Positions 54,001 through 64,000 of a stretch of 64,000 nt of DNA are shown here, piece after piece (position 1 is the stretch's first letter; every line of letters starts with the position of its first letter). This DNA comes from the human T2T-CHM13v2.0 reference genome, Homo sapiens. The translations under genes and the position numbers were made by a program. The stretch lies in assembly GCF_009914755.1 (NCBI RefSeq), contig NC_060935.1. The stretch is one strand, 5' to 3'. Below the pieces are notes generated by a model. The model did no database searches. It worked only from the letters and a program-made list of their open reading frames with translations, and was not told the origin of the DNA.

Positions 54001-56787
54001 GAAGTGGGAAGCTAGTCCTCACCCCTGGTCAGTTATGTCAACCCTAGGCAAATCATTTCCTCTCTTTGGGCTTCATTATCCTCATCAGTAAAATATGGGG
54101 GCGGGACTAGGAGGCCTCTAAATGCCAGTTCTGAACTGACTGATAAATGTTGACAATTAAATTAAGAGATGTGGCCCCTGTCCCTGGGGTGCTTCCAGTC
54201 TAAGGAGAAGTGGGCAAACGCAGTCCAGAAATGACAGGAAAGCACATAGACAGCAATAAATGTGTGAGTGACTTAATGGTGCCATCTATGCAGATAGGCA
54301 GGGTCTGAGGAGTTAGAATAAAGATGGCACCAGAGCTTCCCTTAAAGCCAACTTGGTTCCTCAACTGGATGATGATGTGAGCCAGATGGCTTGCCGTCCC
54401 TTCCTGCCAGGGCAGACTGCAGAGGCCAGGTTTTAAGGGGGATTTAGGAAGGAAGGGATGAGGCAGGGCTATCTTTCAAGCCTTGGGACCATAGAGGACA
54501 GGCAAATCTGTCCAGGGGTCCCCCAGAAGGCCAGCACCATGCTAGAAGGCGCAGACTGGCAACATGCTGTGAGCTGTAAGAAACAGCCTTAGTGATAGGC
54601 TAGATGCTGATCACTCTGCCAACATGAAGCCCACCGCAATCCTCTGGCTTAGGAAACTCCATAAAGTGGCCCCAGGATAGATCTGTGCACTCTTTCTTCT
54701 GTTGTCAAGTGGCTCATCACTCCCTGCAGGATAATGCTGGCCAGCATCCAGGAGGTGAGTTTTTACATAGTATGGGCACCTGGATACAAGTGTATCTGTA
54801 TATGTGTGTATATGTGTGAGGCTTCTTGTATCCATTTCCTGTGTCTCCAGGCACATGCTTGACTGTCTACACTACATAGGTCTAACTGTTTAATCCTTGC
54901 TCACCTGGTCCTTTTGGGTAATATACACATAAATATGCAAATTGTGTGTAAATGTCTTTGTACATATTTTTTGTCCATTCGCCAGTACCCAGATATAAAC
55001 CATTTCCTGTGTCCCTGCCCTGGCTTGTATAAGGTAGGGAGAAATCCTCTGCCCTCTTCTCCATCTGCCTCCTTTCCCTGGCTCTCTCCTTACCTAATTG
55101 GTAAGGCTGGGAAAAGACAGGGTCATGGCACCTGCACGGCTGGCATCAGTGGTACAGTGCTCATGTTCTCTCCTCCTCAGCCACAGGTAAGCTGGCCACA
55201 GCAGGCTCTGCCCGAGAGCAAGGAGGCCTGCAGGTGTCTGGATTCTTGGCTTGCAACTCTGGGCAACCTCTAAGCAGAAGGCAAGGGTAGGAAGTCCATG
55301 GGAGCTTTATGTCTTTAAATCAAGTTCGTTAATGATAAAGCTAGCATGCTGACAAATCTAATTGGAGTGCATTTTATAAGCCACAAGCTGCTGATTGTAA
55401 AACAAACCCCAATTTCAGAAATGTGAAAATATATATGTCATAAAAAAGTGATGAGATAGAGGAATATCTTGATCCCTGTCTGCCTGTTGTGTCTATTTTT
55501 CACTTGGTTCAGAAATTGGTGGGAAGAGAAATACAGTGATCACCCCCAAATCACTATACATTTGCACATACCTGTACACAGGGGGTATCTGTGCATATCC
55601 GACCATTTTAGCCAGGCCTGAGGTGTCTGTCCATCTGTGGGTTACTGTTTGTGTACACTGCTTGCTGAGAAACTGCACTTGTGTGTGTGCATCGCTGAGC
55701 ATGTAACAGCTACACACACAGGTGTTTTAATGGGAGTGTGTGTGAATGATTTCCTGGGTGCCTGTACTTGTCAGCATGTGCTGTCTTTGTGTGTGAATGT
55801 GAGTCATCGCCCCCAACCTGGACTCCCTAGCCATCATCCTGAAAGGCCACCGGCTATAAACAAGGAGTTACAAGAGCACCACGGCCCCTCTTCCTTGCTC
55901 CTTCACTCTCCTTGTGCTGGCTTCTCCCTCTCCAGGAGAGGTCACCCAGAGGTGCCTCCAGAGTCAGGCCCCGCCTCGCCTGTCTGAGAACAACAGGCAC
56001 AAAGCAATCTAGTAATTAGTAATAATCGTGTCTCCCTGACAAGCCATTATTTCACTAGAACAAAGAAGGAGCTCAGGGGGCTCCAAGGGCCAGGAACAAG
56101 AAGGCTGGAAGAATGACTCCTTTACATCTCTGGGTTTGGTGGAATCTGGGGACTCCTCAGAGCAAAGCAGGGGCCTTTGCTCTGTCAGGGCCTCAGTCTC
56201 CTCCCCATCCCCATCCTTCCATCCTCTCCTGCCTCCTTTCTCTCCCTTGCCCAAGTGTCCAGACAGCCCTTACTTCCCAGTCCTGCAGAGGGAATGAACT
56301 GGATCGGGCACCAAGGAACCCAGACACAGCCCAAGGCTCAGGGCAGAAGCACAGGAACAACTGACAGGGAAGACCTGGACTTGCCAGTCCACTGCCCATG
56401 GACTTGAACTCAGCAGGACATACATTTTGCAGAACAGAGTGAGCATGAGGCTGCCTTAGAAAATATGTCCTACAGGACATGCCTCAGCACCCAGCCTAGC
56501 ACTCTGGTCTCACTGATGCTTCTGAAGACAGATAAGTTCTTAATCCCTTCAGCATTTGGGGGGACATTCAGGAGTACACAAAAGTCCAGAAGGCCTGGTC
56601 CTTTCCCTTGAGGGGCTTAAATCCAACAGGAAAGAAAGGAAATGTCCACAGATGACTGAAATACAGAGCACAAAGAAAAAGCACCATAAAAAAAAATGGC
56701 CAACAAGTGCTATGGGAGATGAGACCACTGCCACCTAGGGAAACTGAGAAACACTTCCCAGAAGAGGCCATTAAAAATTAAGAAATA

Positions 56788-57137
<350 letters not shown>

Positions 57138-59929
57138 TTATGAAGATGCCATCAAGATGATGATGGTGATGACGACAATAGCAATGATAAACATCAAGGA
57201 TGACAATGAAAAAATGTTGTCATCCCCCTCTAGCATCTTTTCCTTGGGCAAACTCAGCCACACTGCTCCCTGCTGCCTGACCAAGTCCAGGCTCCCTGAC
57301 CTCTCTGGCTTCTGCTTCCTGGAATTTCTGAAACATTGACATGTCCAGTCTGCCCTCCACAGCAGATCCACTGTGATATGGTAGGAGATAGGTCTTTGGT
57401 CCTGGCTCAATTACAGGGCAGGCTGAGAATAGATGAGAAGATAATAAAAGGAAAGGGAAAAAAAGATAATACTTTGCATCTGTATAATGCTTTATAGCTT
57501 TCAAAGCACTTTTATATACATTATCTCATGTTTGCAAGAAAGGTAATATCGACCACATTGCAAAGATGATAGCCAGACTCAGAGAGGTGGGGGTTAGCCA
57601 AGATCACGCTGCTGGCCTCGGCTCCATCTGCTGCTCCACCACTGTGCCTGGGAGGGCACGTGTGGGCCCATTTTGAGCCCATTCTAGAGGGCACAGGTGT
57701 GCGCTCTGAGGATCAATCTCACCACAGTGCGCCCTTCTACTAAACATCCAGAAGGACGACAGGGGTCATATGTCCAGCAAAGCCATGGCCAAAGGGCCAA
57801 GCCCAGATTCCCGTATCTAATTCTATCCCTTCGCAGCATCATGCTGTGCACCCAGCAGGGACCCAGCCATCTCAGAGATGCTCCACCAAAACTGATAAGG
57901 GGATCCCAGTTGCCTACAGAGCAAGTGAGCCTTCCACAACCTGGCCCAACCTGATCTCCCCCTACCCCTCCTTGTCCCTCTATTTCTTCCACAATAGCAG
58001 GATGCTCACCATTCATCTCCCAAACTCACCTGCACTCCTCGCCTCTCTGCCTTTGCTTTTCAGTCCCCTCCACCTTACACATCCTTCGCTTGCCTTTCTG
58101 CTGACCTTCAGACTTTATCTCCTTCATGAGGTCTCCCTCTCCCATCCACATCAGCATCCATCTCTCTTCCGCCAGCACTTTCTCTCTGCCTCAGTACTGC
58201 ACCTCTCCCAGCCTGCCAGGTCGCAGAGCAATGGGTAAATTCTTCCTCCTCCCATAGTGGACTGCGGGCCATAGAAAACCATGGGGCAGGCCTCCTCACT
58301 CCCTTTCCCACCCCCAATACACACACAGTAGTTACTTGGTTCATATTTATTTAATGTTGTTTCATGTAAAAGGTCACAGTAACTCTCATCAGTACAGCTG
58401 CTGAGCCTTACATTGCAGGACAGGGTCCCACCAGGATGGTCTGAGGGTAGAACCAGGATGTCAATCTGGGCTGGTTGCAGATCTGGCTGCTCTGGGGCAG
58501 AGGAATACAGATGAAGTGTTCCAGGCCTGCCAGGCTCTGAAAGCCCTACAGGAACGACCCACCTGGGAACCCCTATTAGCGACCGCCTCTCTCAATCAGG
58601 TCTGCCCAGGGAAAGAAAGACACTGAAGACCATTCAGATCCCCAGAAATGTCAACACTCCTTGAAAGAGGTCTCCACTGGCCCGGAAATCTCCAGGCTGC
58701 CTGCACTTGTGATAAGCACAATAAATAAAACAATGAGACCCATTTGAAGGCACTTGTGAGACAGTAGAGCTTTGAGAATTTGACTTTGATGAGTTTGAAA
58801 GGCAGAGGAAAGAAAGAAGAATGAGTTTCCTCTTGGGCTCAGGTTTGTTTATCCCGCTTCTCGGGAATCCGAGCTTACAAGGTTGATGGTTTCAAAGGCC
58901 TCTAAATGTTTCTGGAATCCCAGACCAGGCTACAGTGGGCCTGAAGGCTCCTGTTTGCCTGGCCCCAGAAAAGGCACAGCCACATCAGCTCCCTGGAGGA
59001 TTCCTGCCGGGGCCGAGAAGCAGGCACAGGTGGGAGCTCACCAAGCTGGAGCCCACCCTTGGGAGTGTGCAGAGGAGGCGAGGCAGCTCCACGTAAAGGG
59101 AGAACCACAAGGTACAAGTGACTGTGAGAAGATGACTGGGAAGCCTCAGTGGGGCCAAGGAGTGAAGGTGCCCTTTGTGGGGACTGAGAACAGAGTCCTG
59201 GACCACAAGTCCGGAGTACAAGGCCAAGCCTGGATCTGCTGCTAAGCTGTCCCATGCCAAGTCTCTACCCCACTTTGCATCTTCATAAAAGGTCCTCTCT
59301 GAGGTTCCTCTGAGCCCTATGTTGACTCCACCACTCTTTAAGCAGGTGGTTCTGCCATGGGTCCCCCGGCTTCTTCCTGACCCTGTCCTCCCTATCCTGC
59401 CCCAAGCCCAGCCCATCTGGACCCCACTCTGCAAGGGCCCTGCTCCCTCTCAGCCATCAGTGCACCCCTACCCACGACTCAGTCTTCCCTCTGAAAACTT
59501 CACTGTAGTACCCTGAGATGTTTTCCCACATTATAGAGACTTGAAACCTGCCCTCGGGGCCACAGTCTATGTACCTGTGCGCCGTGTGCATAGTTAACAG
59601 TAATGCCAAGACGGACTAATCGTCCTTCAGTCCATGCCGCACGTCAAGTCTTCATACGCACTCTCGTGCTCAGCAGCCCTTTCTACAGAGGAGAGAACCC
59701 TGAAGCTTGAAAAGATGCAGTAACTTGCCCTCCTGTTGCCTTCGCAAAGGGCCTTGGCACCCATGTCATCCTCACGACAAGCCTGCCAAGTGGACAGTTA
59801 GATATTCCCATTTTAGCATAAAGGAAATGGAGCTGAGAAAGGCGAAGCAACTTGCCAAGGTCACAGCTCACAAGGAGCGGAGCTGGGATGGGGCAGGGTC
59901 GCACTCCCCAAAGTGGCCCTGCCTTCCAA

Positions 59930-60410
59930 GGCCTTCTCCTGCTCTCCTCCGCCTGGCGGCCTTCTAGGCCCACGCTCCTGAAAGCCGCTCCTAGGCTCAC
60001 ACTCTGCTGAAGAAGCGTCAAGGACTGAGCGAGGCGAAGAGGCCACCTATTTACACGGCCCAGTGTACACCCCTTCCCAGGACTGCAGACGCACTCCCCG
60101 CCCACCGCCTTTGCCGCAGCAAGACAATCAGCCCACTCCGCCTCCCCTCTGGCTCATTTCAGAGTGCAGTCAGACACTAATTGGCTCTGAGAAGTGATTA
60201 CTTCAAAGAAGTTCCCATCGGACCAAGACTTCTCGGAAAAAAACAAACAGCGTGCACCCTGCCTGGGGAGCCACCCGCCCCAGAGATGGGTTTTCTGCCT
60301 GCCTGTAGGCGGCGCTGCCGAGACACGCGGCGCTGCAGGACCGCGCCCCGCCTGCTGCGTTCCCTATGCTGTCGCCCCGCCTGGAATCAAAGGCGTTTGA
60401 GCTGGAAGGC
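59930..60410. promoter_or_regulatory. CpG-enriched non-repeat element with GC boxes, a CTCF-like motif and a TCF/LEF motif
   Basis: High CpG density relative to the flanks. gccccgcc twice (about 60345 and 60374), cctgtaggcggcgc at 60302-60315, atcaaag at 60386-60392. Confidence 0.5.
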
Positions 60411-61499
60411 ACAAACCCCACAGGCAAGCAAGGCCAGAGAGGGGATGTATCCTCTTTAGAGTCACACGGCCAGTGGTTAGCAAAGCTGGGACTAGAACCC
60501 ACAAGACTCAGTGCTCCGCCCCACCCTGCCCTGGGTGGCTCTGTACTCAGCTAGCTGTTGTCCCTGGCAGCACCGGACCCATGCCCACGGGTAGGGCGTG
60601 GGTGGAGGGTGCTCTTCAGGTAGCAATCAGGGCCCCTGCCAAGGGAACTTGCTGGAGAGCCCACGGCGGCTCACCCCACCCTCCCTGTGCACACGTGTGC
60701 TCAACACCTAAAACGTTCTAGGTCCCTCTGGGCCTGGGGGTTCCGAGTAAACAGGAGACTGCCCCCGGCGCCCCTGACACTTATAGCGTGGCAGTGACAA
60801 AGCATATCTGCTTATGAGCATTCCCGGCCTTCCTCCCCACCTCCCCTGCCTTGGAAGAGGAAGGAGCCATGGACTTTTGGGCAACCTCTGGGCCTGCCCT
60901 TTCTGAAGTGTTGAAATCAGGTGGAGGCTAAAGAGGGAATTCAAGAAGCCCAGCAAGCTTGGGTCAGAAATCATACCTGCCAACACGGGCACCTGCCCCA
61001 TAGTGAGTTTTTAAAAGATGTTTGAGATAATGTCCAACAGTTAAAGCTCAGATTTCTCATTCAGATTCAGATTCCTGGCCTCTCATGGTAAACTAGGAAA
61101 TCTGGTCACACCAGGCCCCTATTGCTTCATTCATTCGTACTTTCGTTTAAGCATGGGGCTGGTCCCATCCCAAGTGCTGGAATACCAAGGTGAACAGGAC
61201 AATCGAGTCCCCTGTTTTTGAGAGGCATCTCTTCAAGGAGCCTCTCTGTGCAGGGCATATTCACTCTAGTTTGCCACAGTCTCCACCATTCCCTATTATC
61301 ACGTAGACCACTTCCCTTGTTTGTGATCTTTGCATGACCACCGTTTATAACCACCTCCACCAGACCTGCTGCTGAGAAAGGGCAGAGAGCTAAGCCAGTA
61401 AACAAAATGCTCACCTCTCTTTAATCTGTGGCAGGTGCATGAGTGTTTGTCTTACTATGTTCTTACTATGTTCTGTTTTCGTATGAATATTTGAATTTT

Positions 61500-61814
<315 letters not shown>

Positions 61815-62289
61815 AGAATTTTTCACTTTTAAATTTAAAAATGAGAATGAAAGTAAAGAGTTATCTATGAGTGAAAATCTAGAAGCAGGAAGGGAGTGAG
61901 AGAAATCAAAGCAGGAAAAGACTGTGTTCGGGATGGCTTTGGGAGAGTTTAGTGGGGGAAAGAGAATGTAGTGATGCTGCCATACTGTGTGGGGTATTGA
62001 CAGAAAGCAGGGGGAGGGAGAAAAGAGGTTTTTAAAACTTTTGCTGTATGTTAGGAACGAATGCCCCTTTGGCATTTTCCAAGCAGCTTCATAAAAGATT
62101 TAAATCATTTCTCAATACTTTTTGGATGTCTGCCTTCTGCTTCTTTTGAATATAACAGTGTGGGATGGGTGTGGGGAGAGAAGATAAACAAAACATAGGC
62201 AGTGCCATGATGGGGAGGTGCAAGGTGCAGGGTGCAGGGGTGGCTCCTGAAAAGAGCACCTCCTGATCCAGAGTCACAAAAGGCCCCCA

Positions 62290-62830
62290 GGGAGGAATTG
62301 ATCAAACCAAAATGTGGATGAGTAGATGTTAGGCGAACACCAGGCAAATGGTGGTGAGAGAAGGGAGCAAAGTGTATTCCAGGCAGGGGGAATAACTTGG
62401 GGGAAGGCAGACTCCAGGATCTGGAAGCAGTTTAGGCTGGTGGGACCGTCTGTATGCATGCGGTAGGGATGCGCAAAGAAATGGAGCTGAAGGGCCGGCA
62501 GGGACACTGCCAGGCCTCATGAGCTATGTGACAGCCCGTGGACCATGTCCAGCAGGCAACCAGGAGCCACCGAGGGTGTTAGCAGAACAGTCATGTGGTC
62601 AGTTTGCATTTTAAAATGTTCATCTGTCTGTTCTGTGGGAAATGGATTGGAGGAGGCAAAACAGAGGGGTGCAGATTAGGAGGCTATTGAGATAGATTGG
62701 ACAAGAGACCCTGGCAGCTTGGGCTGGTCACTGCCAAGGGAAATGAGAAATGATGCTTGATTCTAATGACATGCAGGAAATGGAGGCCTAATTCAGTACC
62801 ATGTCTCCAGCATCTAGCTTCCTTCCTGAT
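62290..62830 (-). mobile_element. L2 fragment
   Basis: gtgtattccaggcagggggaataac...ggagccaccgagggtgttagcag...gtcagtttgcattttaaaatgttca. Confidence 0.75.
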
Positions 62831-62969
62831 ACTCAGTACAAAAGGATAACGCATATTTATTGAATGACTCAATAAATGAACAGAAGACCTAATAAACACA
62901 CAAAGAAGCTGGTACTGGTATGTAAACGTTAGCATGCTTAAACCTCATCCCTTCATTGTACAATGTTCA

Positions 62970-63190
62970 TAAACAGCGGCTACCCGTTTCTGGAGGCCTG
63001 CTTGGACCAGGCAAGAGTATGAGGTACTTCATATGGATGATTTCCATGTCGCCTCTGCAGAACTCCTGTGGCCCAGGCATTTCTATTCCTATTTTGCAGG
63101 TCAGGAAACAGAAAAGTGAAGCAGCTTGCTCACATTCAGCTGGGGAGTAGGGAGCAGTGCTAAATTCTCACCCAGCGGTGTTCTTTCCAT
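62970..63190 (-). mobile_element. MIR
   Basis: tattcctattttgcaggtcaggaaacaga...gcttgctcacattc. Confidence 0.65.
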
Positions 63191-63389
63191 ACCTCGTGAT
63201 CCCTCAGAATGACCTCTTCCAGGTTGAGGCACCCCCACACCCAGCTCCTCCATTCCGGTCCCCACCAGCCTCATACTGCAGCTAAAAGGAAACAGCTACC
63301 AAGTGAAATGAAAGGTTGGAAAGCACTAACCTGAAGTTCCTGAATATCCATTTTGGATATATTTCATTAGTATCTTCATCATCATCAAC

Positions 63390-63500
63390 AAACATTTAGT
63401 GAGCACCTTCTGTATACCAGGTGCTGTGCTAGATAATAAGGGTACAAAGAACTGGATACCTTCCCTGTCCTGGAGGAACTCATAGTTTAGTGGGCAGGAG
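63390..63500 (-). mobile_element. L2 3' end
   Basis: caacaaacatttagtgagcaccttctgtataccaggtgctgtgctag...ggaactcatagtttagtggg. Confidence 0.78.
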
Positions 63501-64000
63501 GAGTGGTTGAGGAAGTGGTCTGGGTTCTGTAAGAGCTTGTGCAAAGCTCAGAACTGTGGACACACTGGGCACATCTAGTGAGGCCACGACATGGGGCCCA
63601 GGAGAGAAAGAGGTGGCAGATGAGAATGGAAAGGCAGGTGGGTGAGAACCTGACTTGGGACCATAACAATGGGGACAAACAGAAGAGTTCAGAAGTTAAA
63701 GATGCCTCAGTGATGGGCCTGACAGGACGCTGATCACTTAGTGATGAGAATGAACGGAAAAATGCTCACCTGGAGGTACTAGAGAATCTGGATGTTTCAG
63801 CCAATTGGCTGCCCAAGCAGACCCCGCCCCTGGCTCCAGTGTAACTGCTGAGATATTTCATTGATCCCCAAAGCCAATTGATCCCTCAGGAGTAGACTAA
63901 GAAACAAAGAAGGGATTGTCTGTGTCCCAACTCCCTTGACAGACAAAAGCTTCTGCTTTTCTGCTTCTCTCCTTACCTGTCGAAATTCAAAAATCTGATC

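Noticed and set aside
58883-60554. Cluster of overlapping 90-150 aa ORFs near the CpG element
   Set aside because: No recognisable domain, present on both strands and in several frames, as expected for GC-rich DNA.

Overview
This is hominid (very probably human) non-coding DNA; the full-length SVA restricts it to great apes. I found no credible protein-coding gene, and the long ORFs derive from Alu, L1, ERVL or SVA-VNTR sequence. Much of the window is interspersed repeat: about 13 Alus, old and intermediate-age L1s, L2/MIR/L3, ERVL and MaLR LTRs, MER DNA transposons and one SVA. The most notable structures are: (1) two different L1s inserted serially into the same 15-bp target (three target copies) inside an MLT1 LTR inside a MIR, with 3'-transduced sequence; (2) an SVA with a mutated polyA signal and a 23-nt 3' transduction; (3) an internally inverted old L1 5' region carrying a young ~75-bp templated insertion; (4) a U13 (SNORD13) snoRNA retrocopy; (5) a ~190-bp dispersed duplication. 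Several repeat-free, homeobox-motif-rich blocks look like enhancers, and there is a CpG-rich element near 60.3 kb. Repeat family calls come from remembered consensus sequences, so subfamily names and boundaries are approximate. I see no evidence of a wholly new biological system.
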